A DNA stretch of 64,000 bases from Acutalibacteraceae bacterium (lineage in GTDB: Bacteria; Bacillota; Clostridia; Oscillospirales; Acutalibacteraceae): positions 48,744 through 112,743 of the forward strand of contig JAXJUM010000042.1 in assembly GCA_036309045.1 (NCBI GenBank), in the 5' to 3' direction. The notes below the pieces were generated by a model. It searched no databases. It was not told the origin of the DNA and saw only the letters and a program-made list of their open reading frames with translations. A program made the position numbers and the translations under genes. Shown one piece after another: positions 56,919 to 64,000 of the stretch; position 1 is the first letter of the stretch; each line of letters opens with the position of its first letter.

Positions 56919-57800
56919 ATGGATATATGGCATAAATTAGGAAGAATATTTAGAATCTCAAATTTAGGCACGTTAATATTTTTCTTGTTAAATATAGGAC
57001 TAATATTAGCTTTATTCTGTCCCTATGGCATTACCTTTGAAGCGGCAGCTCCTTTGGTTGTTTGTTACATAGTTACAGTTTTAATTAGTTTATCACCAAT
57101 CGGAGAATGGACTCTTGCTGCTCTTGCGGGAGCAAAGGAAATCAAGCGTAAAGATATTAAAATTCGTTTGATACCGTTGTTAGAGATTGTATTTGAACAA
57201 GCAAAAGCAAGAACTCCATATATGGTTAATTCCATTCGCTTAAAGATAATTCACGACCAGTCGCCAAATGCTTTTGCGATAGGTCGAAGAACTATATGCG
57301 TTACAGATGGCTTGCTCAATCTCTCTGACGAAGAAATAATGGCAGTGTTTGCCCACGAAGTAGGTCATCTTGCATACCAGCATTCAGCGATACAACTATT
57401 AATAGGCGGTGGCAATGTATTTATCTCTGGATGTTTATTAATAATTAAGGGTATATGCTGGTTGATTACTGGCTTGTTTACCGTGATTGGGTTAGCATCA
57501 AGAAGCTGTGCTGTTGGTTTTTTAGTAATGATTGTTGGTGGTTTTTCATCTGCTTTAATTTGGTTATGGACTAAATTTTGTATGATTTTTTTAATGTGGT
57601 CTATGCGACAAAATGAATTTGTTGCAGACGAGTATGCGTATAGGCTAGGATATGGTACAATATTAGCAAGTGTGTTAGATAGACATATGTGTACCGTGCC
57701 TGAAAACGGATTGTTGAGAGCGTTATACTCCACGCATCCTTATAGTGATGATCGTGTGGCAAGGTTACAAAATTTAGGAGCAAATTATAGTAGGTATTAA
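56919..57800 (+). CDS. M48-family (HtpX-like) membrane zinc metalloprotease
   Basis: Multiple TM helices, an AHEVGHL (HExxH) motif and a distal THPYSDDR. Confidence 0.7.
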   Translation: MDIWHKLGRIFRISNLGTLIFFLLNIGLILALFCPYGITFEAAAPLVVCYIVTVLISLSPIGEWTLAALAGAKEIKRKDIKIRLIPLLEIVFEQAKARTPYMVNSIRLKIIHDQSPNAFAIGRRTICVTDGLLNLSDEEIMAVFAHEVGHLAYQHSAIQLLIGGGNVFISGCLLIIKGICWLITGLFTVIGLASRSCAVGFLVMIVGGFSSALIWLWTKFCMIFLMWSMRQNEFVADEYAYRLGYGTILASVLDRHMCTVPENGLLRALYSTHPYSDDRVARLQNLGANYSRY

Positions 57801-57988
57801 ACTAAAAAACACTTAAATTACTGGTTGTTTGTCTTATTTTTTGGAAAGATATTTAGATATGATATCAATAGAATGAGAAATAGAAGCGTTGTATATAAGA
57901 GTGCGAATAGTTTAATAGAACAAAAAGGTCAAAATTTCATAAAAACATATTGCGTTTTTATTGTATTTGATGTATTTGATTTAATCAC

Positions 57989-58018
57989 TTGACAGTTGAA
58001 TAAAGTTTATGTTACAAT
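57989..58018 (+). promoter_or_regulatory. Promoter TTGACA-18 nt-TACAAT upstream of the ImmA-like regulatory module
   Basis: The -10 overlaps the left arm of a 12-bp perfect inverted repeat (58017-58028 and 58046-57). Confidence 0.5.
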
Positions 58019-58062
58019 CTTGTTGCTATCGAACAGATGTTCTAGTAGCAACAAGATTTTTT
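58017..58062 (+). terminator. 12-bp perfect inverted repeat + T-run (terminator of the upstream locus and/or operator)
   Basis: ATCTTGTTGCTA, 17 nt, TAGCAACAAGAT, then TTTTT. Confidence 0.5.
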
Positions 58063-58132
58063 ATGTACATAAAATTTAAAAGACGAATAAGTGTTGAGGA
58101 AAAATTAGGAACACAATTAGGAGGAATGGTAG

Positions 58133-58858
58133 TTGAAATACTTGTCACGGCAAGGTATTGAACAAATTGGTGAAAGAGTGATTAAGGCATACAGAAATTT
58201 ACCTGATAACAAAAAATCAACTCTGTATAGAGTTGACCCGATTAAACTTATAGAAGAAGTTTTAAAAGTTAATTTAGAATATCATCATTTATCTTTATAT
58301 GGAACTGTTCTCGGTGTGACTACTCCGTTTAGTGGGATAGGTTATAAGATTTTTGACCACGATGATACAGAAGAATACTTTTATTTTGATGGAAACACAA
58401 TTTTAGTTGAGTCTGAGTTGAAAAATGATATATCGCAAAAAGGAAGATTTAACTTTACGCTTGCTCACGAAGCAGGACATCAGATACTAAAGGTGTTGTT
58501 TCCGAATGATTATGTGGGAGGATATAGAAAGCTTTATTATAGTTTATCGCAACCCGAATATAGAACGTACATTAAGGATTGGGAGGAATGGCAGGCTAAT
58601 ACATTGGCATCTGTTTTACTTATGCCAAAAGAGTTGTTGATGCAAGCTATGTTCCTTTTCGGGTTCGAGGGTAAAATTGATATGATAAATAAAGTGTATG
58701 CAACTAAGGTGTATGAACGATTTTCTAATATGGCGACCTTTTTAGGAGTATCAAAGAAAGCGTTGTCAATTAGATTGAAACAACTTGGGTTAGTAGAAAG
58801 AGATTATTTAGATAATCCTTATGAGCTAACGGATGTTTATTGTGAAGGAGGATCTTGA
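58133..58858 (+). CDS. ImmA/IrrE-family metallopeptidase
   Basis: TTG start after AGGAGG, with an LAHEAGHQIL (HExxH) motif. Confidence 0.7.
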   Translation: MKYLSRQGIEQIGERVIKAYRNLPDNKKSTLYRVDPIKLIEEVLKVNLEYHHLSLYGTVLGVTTPFSGIGYKIFDHDDTEEYFYFDGNTILVESELKNDISQKGRFNFTLAHEAGHQILKVLFPNDYVGGYRKLYYSLSQPEYRTYIKDWEEWQANTLASVLLMPKELLMQAMFLFGFEGKIDMINKVYATKVYERFSNMATFLGVSKKALSIRLKQLGLVERDYLDNPYELTDVYCEGGS

Positions 58859-58859
58859 A

Positions 58860-59105
58860 ATGGCAAAGATAAATATTCGAGAACGAAATCCTGAACACTA
58901 TGCAAAGGTTAAGGTAGAGCAAGAAGCCTTAATTAAAAAATGTTCAGCACAACTAGGGATAGCCAGACTGTGCCCTTATTGTGAACATAAAGTATCTATT
59001 GTTTTGAGGGGCGAACACAGTTACTCTAAAGAGAAATGCCCTAACTGCGGAGAGAACGTGATTTTTCCGCCAATATCTTTTAGATTAGCTCATAACGTGA
59101 GTTAA
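58860..59105 (+). CDS. Small zinc-ribbon protein
   Basis: CPYCEH...CPNCG motifs, with a GAAGGAGGA RBS. Confidence 0.55.
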   Translation: MAKINIRERNPEHYAKVKVEQEALIKKCSAQLGIARLCPYCEHKVSIVLRGEHSYSKEKCPNCGENVIFPPISFRLAHNVS

Positions 59106-59293
59106 TACATATAAAATTAAATAAAAATAAAACAAGCTTTGTGCTTTGGAGCCGCTTGATGCGTTGACTTCCTATATGCCACTTGATTTAGAATTTATTC
59201 CCTTATAGGGAAATTCTATTTCGTGGCATCGTCAACACATCAAGTGGCTCATTTTTTTGTTTTCCATCAGCGGTTTCAGGAAAGGAACTACTG

Positions 59294-59869
59294 ATGAGAA
59301 AAATTTATAATTCAATCGTTTTACAAACAAAAGACTATTGCATAGTTGATTTAGAAAAAGAATACAGCGATTTTGCCGGTGGAAATAAGTATGTTATTGT
59401 TACAGAGTACGATGAGCAAGAGTTTATTGTTAAATTCAAAGATGAAGTTAAACAGTATGAGCCATATATTGTAACAGGTATGTGGTACTTTGACTTTATT
59501 CAACAGGAATACGCAAAGGAAAGGTCTAAAGCGTATGCAGATTCAGTGTATATAACACCATATGTTGTTGATGATAGTACCGATTCTGATTTTGCGATTG
59601 ATATGACTTTAGACTTTGAAGCAAGAATGAAAGAGAAAGAAATACTTGAAGAGGAGTATGAAAATGTCAGAAAAGCACTTTTGAAAATTAAAGATGAGAA
59701 AATGAGATGTAGATTAGTAAAATATTTTTGGTACAACAAAACGCAAGAAGAAATAGCTTTAGAGGAGGGGATTTGTCAGTCAAGTGTGTGTAGAGGAATA
59801 AATGCTGGGATTAAAAAAATAAAAAAATTTATAAAAATATGCATAATTGACCTCTTTTTTTTGCATTAA
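59294..59869 (+). CDS. Sigma-70 region-4-like ICE regulator
   Basis: C-terminal KTQEEIALEEGICQSSVCRGINAGIKKIKKF (HTH). Confidence 0.6.
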   Translation: MRKIYNSIVLQTKDYCIVDLEKEYSDFAGGNKYVIVTEYDEQEFIVKFKDEVKQYEPYIVTGMWYFDFIQQEYAKERSKAYADSVYITPYVVDDSTDSDFAIDMTLDFEARMKEKEILEEEYENVRKALLKIKDEKMRCRLVKYFWYNKTQEEIALEEGICQSSVCRGINAGIKKIKKFIKICIIDLFFLH

Positions 59870-59922
59870 GGGTGAGGGGGTTATTTAACAGCCTCGAAAA
59901 AATAATGAAAAGAGGAAATTAT

Positions 59923-60483
59923 ATGAACAATAAGATTATCAAAAAAGGTGATATTTTTCTTTATGATTTCGGTGTGAACAAAGGCTCAGTGCAAAATAGC
60001 TTTAGACCTGCTGTTGTTTTACAGACTAATGCTATCAATAACTATTCAACGACTTTCATAATTGCACCTATAACAACAGTGATTAAGAAATCATCTAAAT
60101 TTTTTCATGTCTACTTAGGACAGTGCTTTGGTTTGGATATGCCATCTATGGTGTTAGTTGAGCAAATAACTACGGTTAGTGGGTCAGAATTGAAGAATTA
60201 CATAGGCACGATTAACGATTGGCGTGTTTTGCGTACATTAGACGAAGCACTGTTAAAGATTTTTGGTTTACAAAAAAAGAATCAAGAACCAACATCTGAT
60301 GTTCGTTGTTTGTGTAAAAAACACTGTGATGAGTATAGAATGACTGACAAGTACATTCTTAAGAGATTAAATCCTGAACAGGTTGTAAAAGAAAAGTGCG
60401 ATAAATGCGGTAACTTAGGCTATGATTATATGCTCATAGACAAGAAAATTGCATTTAGAAGGAGGAATACCTATGGCGGATAA
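59923..60483 (+). CDS. PemK/MazF-fold protein fused to a C-terminal Cys-rich zinc-ribbon
   Basis: Start at the ATG after AGAGGAAA. N-domain KKGDIFLYDFG...RPAVVLQ...IIAPITT...VLVEQITTV. C-terminus has CLCKKHC and CDKCG. Confidence 0.6.
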   Translation: MNNKIIKKGDIFLYDFGVNKGSVQNSFRPAVVLQTNAINNYSTTFIIAPITTVIKKSSKFFHVYLGQCFGLDMPSMVLVEQITTVSGSELKNYIGTINDWRVLRTLDEALLKIFGLQKKNQEPTSDVRCLCKKHCDEYRMTDKYILKRLNPEQVVKEKCDKCGNLGYDYMLIDKKIAFRRRNTYGG

Positions 60484-60685
60484 TGAATCAATTATCAATC
60501 GAAACAATGAAATGTTTGCTGACTACGATGATATAGTTTCCATTAACGATATTATGAAGATGCTTCATATTGGAAGGTCAAATGTATATAAGTTGCTTAG
60601 AGAAAAAGAAATCAAATGTGTTAGAGTAGGTGTTAAATATATTATCCCGAAAAAGAGTGTGATTGAATTTTTATCAAAGTATTAA
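60473..60685 (+). CDS. xis: Excisionase-type (MerR-like HTH_17) DNA-binding protein
   Basis: Product carries IMKMLHIGRSNVYKLLREKEIKCVRVGVKYIIPKKSV. It sits immediately upstream of the integrase. Confidence 0.7.
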   Translation: MADNESIINRNNEMFADYDDIVSINDIMKMLHIGRSNVYKLLREKEIKCVRVGVKYIIPKKSVIEFLSKY

Positions 60686-60765
60686 ATTGCATAATTTTAA
60701 AAGGCTGACCATTGTGATATACTTATTGTGTTGAACATTGGTCGGCTTTGACGAAAGGAGATATT

Positions 60766-61905
60766 ATGCCGACAACAGGATTTTTAGCAGTAAAAAACGG
60801 AAAATATTATGCTGTACTTAATTTATATGATAGCTCAGGTAAACGTAAGCCTAAATGGATTTCAACTGGTTATGCGGAAAAGAACAATAAGAGAAAAGCT
60901 GAAAAAGTTTTAAGAGAGCTATGTATTGAATGGGACAATAAGAACGTTAAGTATTATTCAAGCATTAAAGTGTATGAATATTTTACAAAATGGTTAAGTG
61001 AAATCAAAGACCAAGTTCGCCCTAACACATACAGAAGCTATAAAGGAAATATGGAAAATCATATTATCCCGTACTTCAAGACATTAAATGTTGAGTTGCA
61101 GGAACTAAAACCTTTTCAGCTGAGTGATTATTATAAGTCGAAAGTTGGAACGATTAGCGTTACAACAATAAAGCATCATCATCAAAATATATCTAAGGCT
61201 CTTAGCGATGCTGTTGAAAAAGGCTTAATTAGTGTGAATCCGGCTACAGCAGCTAAAACACCAAAAGCAACAGAAAAATTCAAAGCGGAGTTTTTAAATC
61301 GTAGTGAAATAAAGCTGTTAATAGATGAGGTGAAAGATACTCCGATTTATTTACCTACATTTTTAGCTTCTGTATATGGTTTTAGACGCAGTGAAGTGTT
61401 GGGCTTAAAGTGGCACAACATTGATTTTGAGAATGAAACAATATGGATTAGAGAAACCTTGCAACAATCCACAAAGGCATTGACGGGTGAATGTAATTAT
61501 ACTTCTGAAACTAAAACAGAGAGCAGTAATCGTACATTACCGATGACTCCACAGGTTAAAGAGGTTTTATTGGAACAAAAAAGACTCCAACAAGAACATA
61601 AAAATCTTCTTGATGGAGCTTATTATTTGAATGATTATGTTTGCACGTTTGATAACGGTAAGGAGATTACTCCTAATTATCTAAGTAGAACTTTTCATAA
61701 AATAATTAAGAAAACGAATTTGCCGATGATTCGTTTTCACGATTTAAGACATAGTGTTGCAAGTAATTTGCTAAATGATGGCTTTACAACTGTTCAGGTT
61801 GCAGAGTGGTTAGGACATAGTAGTTCGACAACTACATTAAAATTTTATGCTCATATTGATAAAACTTCAAAAATGGCGATTGCAAATAGCCTTGCCAGAG
61901 TATAA
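60766..61905 (+). CDS. int: Tyrosine integrase of the ICE
   Basis: Start at the ATG after AAAGGAGA, with catalytic HDLRHSVAS and LGHSSSTTTLKFYAH motifs. Confidence 0.9.
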   Translation: MPTTGFLAVKNGKYYAVLNLYDSSGKRKPKWISTGYAEKNNKRKAEKVLRELCIEWDNKNVKYYSSIKVYEYFTKWLSEIKDQVRPNTYRSYKGNMENHIIPYFKTLNVELQELKPFQLSDYYKSKVGTISVTTIKHHHQNISKALSDAVEKGLISVNPATAAKTPKATEKFKAEFLNRSEIKLLIDEVKDTPIYLPTFLASVYGFRRSEVLGLKWHNIDFENETIWIRETLQQSTKALTGECNYTSETKTESSNRTLPMTPQVKEVLLEQKRLQQEHKNLLDGAYYLNDYVCTFDNGKEITPNYLSRTFHKIIKKTNLPMIRFHDLRHSVASNLLNDGFTTVQVAEWLGHSSSTTTLKFYAHIDKTSKMAIANSLARV

Positions 61906-61999
61906 CTTCTACAATCTTTCTATAACTGCGAAATAGATAAAGCGATAGAAAAATGATAGATACTCAGTGCATTTTATGAGGAGTAAAACTTATAAAATA

Positions 62000-62051
62000 A
62001 AAGAAACATCTCAAAAATGGCTTTCTAAAGCCGTTTCTAAGATGTTTCTTT
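62000..62051 (-). terminator. Stem-loop terminator directly 3-prime of the tRNA fragment
   Basis: 12-bp perfect stem AAAGAAACATCT/AGATGTTTCTTT with an inner GGCTTT/AAGCC hairpin. A T-run follows on the minus strand. Confidence 0.6.
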
Positions 62052-62095
62052 GGCAGGGGCAGAAGGACTTGAACCCTCGGCACGCGGTTTTGGAG
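62051..62095 (-). tRNA. Truncated tRNA-Trp(CCA): anticodon loop to CCA end only (att core / tRNA 3-prime half)
   Basis: The minus strand reads CTCCAAA-ACCGC-GTGCC-GAGGGTTCAAGTCCTTC-TGCCCCT-G-CCA. No complementary 5-prime anticodon stem, D-arm or acceptor strand lies upstream. Confidence 0.65.
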
Positions 62096-62478
62096 AAGAT
62101 GTTGAAGTATAAAAATCGCATAAACAAGCCAATATTTAAGCCAAAGTTAAAGCATCAAAATTGCTTTTCTGCAGTTTTGATGCTTTATTGATGTTATTGA
62201 AAAAGCATCTCAAATTTATGATATATCCAAAGGAATATAAGAACTGCAACTTCAAAAAAGAACATAATAAAAACAACCGTACCCCAAATTATTAAGAAAA
62301 AAAATGATTGTCTTGTACTTTAATATCCTGAACTTGGACATTAAAATATTTATAATAACTGCTCTTATATGTAAAAATCAAGTAGTTAACAAATGTTGAC
62401 AGTAAAATCGTTATACTGGACAGTATAATGGGTGTTTACTTGATAACTTTTATCTTGATAAAATTGTTATGAATTGGC

Positions 62479-62885
62479 TTGGTTCATAATTTATTTACTC
62501 ATTCAAAATCCCTGGTTGTCTTAGTTCTTCTGATCGCATATATTTCAAACGCTCAAAAGCAATTAATTAAATGGATTACTTCTGCTTCTGTCTGTGGTAT
62601 AGAACCTTTTGAAAAGTGTGCTAAAACTATGCTCTCACTTGGATTAATGGTATTCTTAATTCTTTCAACTACTAAATACACTAATGGCTTCACAGAAGGC
62701 TGTAATAACAAAATAAAAGGTATTCAAACGCAATGCGTATGGTTATCGTAACTTCAATCGCTTTAGAAATAGAATTCTACATATTTTCTCTAACCAGCGA
62801 CAGGCAACAGCTTAGTTGCCGTTGCCTGTTTTTGCTGTTTTTGCTTTTCTAATTTTGGGATTATCCCAACTACTCACATAGAGCC
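62479..62885 (+). mobile_element. ISL3-family IS remnant (frameshifted transposase 3-prime end + right terminal inverted repeat)
   Basis: TNGFTEGCNNKIK is followed out of frame by KRNAYGYRNFNRFRNRILH. The terminal CCCAACTACTCACATAGAGCC ends at 62885. Confidence 0.6.
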
Positions 62886-62984
62886 AGTTTTTCTACAGTC
62901 TAAAGCAACTTCTTAGTTTGCTGTTGCCTTTTTAGATTTTCTCATTCCGATTTATCTCAACTTATTGATAAAAGTAATTTCAAA

Positions 62985-64000
62985 TTACCAAAACCAATAC
63001 TTCTTCTTAGTAAATATATATATAACAGATAAAATAAGAATGACTCCCATTGCACTTAAAATCCAAATAATATTAATTCTAAATGGATTTAAGTTTTTAG
63101 TTGAAAGTAAATATTCACCAATACTATTTACTTTGATTTCATTATCAGATAATGAATTAATTTTCTTATATTCATTTGAACTTTTATCTAATATATAAAA
63201 ATACTTGTATTTTTCAAAATTATTCTTCATTTTAATACTAATTGTACCAGGTAATTTATTTTTTTCGTTAAACTTTATAAGAGCACTATTCTCAGTTAAA
63301 GAAATATCTAATTTTGTATTCAGATCATTTTGAGCATTAAATATATCCTGTCCCTTAATACTAATATCATAATCTTCACATTCTATGATAATTTCTTTAT
63401 CTGTCCCATAAATTTCTTTTAATACTGCTGAAGTTAATACATCTAAATTTTTCAAAACAATTTTATTATTTTTGGAATTTCTTACTTGCTTTACAAGAGC
63501 ATCAACTACTGGTAAGCTTTCCGTATTTTTATTTGAATTATCATCAGTAGTTGTACTACTATTTTTAGCACTAACAACAACATTTACTGAAATAGTAGTA
63601 TCTCCATTAGATACGATAATTGCTGTATTTCCTATTGATTTGGCTTCAATAACACCAATATTACTAACTATTGCAATCGATTCATCACTAGATTTATAAT
63701 TCAAATTTTGTGAAGCCTCGAGTGGCTGAACTACTGCTTCAAGATTATGCTTCTGACCAGGTTTTAAAACTATAAACTTATTTTTAACATCTATGGATTC
63801 CGTCTTAACTTTTACATTTAAATCATAGTAAACGCTAAAACCATCACACGTTACACATATTTGACAAAAACCTTTACCAACAGCTGTTAATTTTCCTAAC
63901 TGGTTTATTGTTGCAATATTTGTATTAGTTGAAGAATATTGAACAGTTTGGTTAGTTGCATTTTGTGGAAACACTGTTACCGAAAGATCTTGGGTATCAT
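62985..64000 (-). CDS. Surface protein with bacterial Ig-like (Big_2) domains and C-terminal TM anchor; 5-prime end outside window
   Basis: The frame is open to the window edge. Repeated NATNQTVQYSSTN...IATI...G.LTAVGKG-type segments and a C-terminal IIWILSAMGVILILSVIYIF. Confidence 0.65.
   Translation of the reverse strand, partial: DTQDLSVTVFPQNATNQTVQYSSTNTNIATINQLGKLTAVGKGFCQICVTCDGFSVYYDLNVKVKTESIDVKNKFIVLKPGQKHNLEAVVQPLEASQNLNYKSSDESIAIVSNIGVIEAKSIGNTAIIVSNGDTTISVNVVVSAKNSSTTTDDNSNKNTESLPVVDALVKQVRNSKNNKIVLKNLDVLTSAVLKEIYGTDKEIIIECEDYDISIKGQDIFNAQNDLNTKLDISLTENSALIKFNEKNKLPGTISIKMKNNFEKYKYFYILDKSSNEYKKINSLSDNEIKVNSIGEYLLSTKNLNPFRINIIWILSAMGVILILSVIYIFTKKKYWFW

Larger units (their letters stand above)
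1..62050 (+). mobile_element. Integrative conjugative element (Firmicutes type IV secretion type); left end lies outside the window, right end at a tRNA-Trp-derived att core
   Basis: Collinear + strand conjugation genes (MobC, relaxase, PcfB, VirD4-like, Maff2, VirB6-like, PrgI, VirB4-like, sortase, CHAP hydrolase). They end with sigma-like regulator, Xis-type HTH and tyrosine integrase next to a tRNA 3-prime fragment. Confidence 0.75.

Noticed and set aside
62051-62130. A complete tRNA-Trp gene on the minus strand
   Set aside because: Only the anticodon loop to the CCA end folds. The upstream 35 nt cannot form the anticodon 5-prime stem, the D-arm or the acceptor 5-prime strand.
61967-62191. 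74-aa + ORF covering the terminator hairpin and the tRNA fragment
   Set aside because: The sequence is better explained as a tRNA-Trp 3-prime half plus stem-loops. There is no RBS.
1-64000. CRISPR arrays, rRNA genes or other complete tRNA genes
   Set aside because: I saw no regularly spaced short direct repeats and no rRNA- or complete tRNA-like segments on either strand on reading through the window.

Overview
Positions 1 to about 62,050 read as one Firmicutes/Clostridia-type integrative conjugative element (ICE), almost all on the + strand. In order it carries a sortase-anchored surface protein tail and a giant polyvalent gene (ArdC-like, MutS-I-like, N6-methylase and SNF2-helicase domains). 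These are followed by a DUF3848-like pair, a Toprim primase-like gene, MobC plus relaxase, PcfB, a VirD4-like coupling protein, Maff2, VirB6-like, PrgI, a VirB4-like ATPase, a class B sortase and a CHAP hydrolase. The right end holds ImmA-like, sigma-like, PemK-like, Xis and tyrosine integrase genes, stopping at a truncated tRNA-Trp 3-prime half (att core). An ISL3 remnant and a partial Big_2 surface protein gene lie beyond it. Three cargo regions stand out. (1) A 6.6-kb Tn4451-family mobilisable transposon (tnpX-tnpV-lnu-tnpY-tnpZ-tnpW) splits the polyvalent gene at a GA dinucleotide, and its two ends would form a TTGACA-17-TATACT promoter on circularisation. (2) A minus-strand defence islet holds an HTH-fused C5 methyltransferase, a restriction endonuclease and a P-loop-deleted OLD-type ATPase, next to a decayed brnT/brnA pair. 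(3) An ~18-kb tightly packed + strand locus (39.7-57.8 kb) is the most novel candidate. It combines WXG100-like small helical proteins with a W-K-D-x-K-Y motif, a radical SAM/SPASM + PqqD + 38-aa peptide triad, and an E2/JAB/E1 ubiquitin-like conjugation trio. It also has a TM-less four-module FtsK/EssC-like ATPase, three zinc-ribbon membrane proteins and two toxin-immunity cassettes sharing a near-identical N-terminal domain. Just upstream is a 1.4-kb recombinase-bearing segment bracketed by 26-bp inverted repeats, which carries a perfect outward TTGACA-17-TATAAT promoter and so looks like a phase switch. A full-length TnpV-family ORF with its own Shine-Dalgarno is also embedded in an alternative frame of the polyvalent gene. 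All family names come from motif recognition by eye; no database search or computation beyond manual alignment was done.
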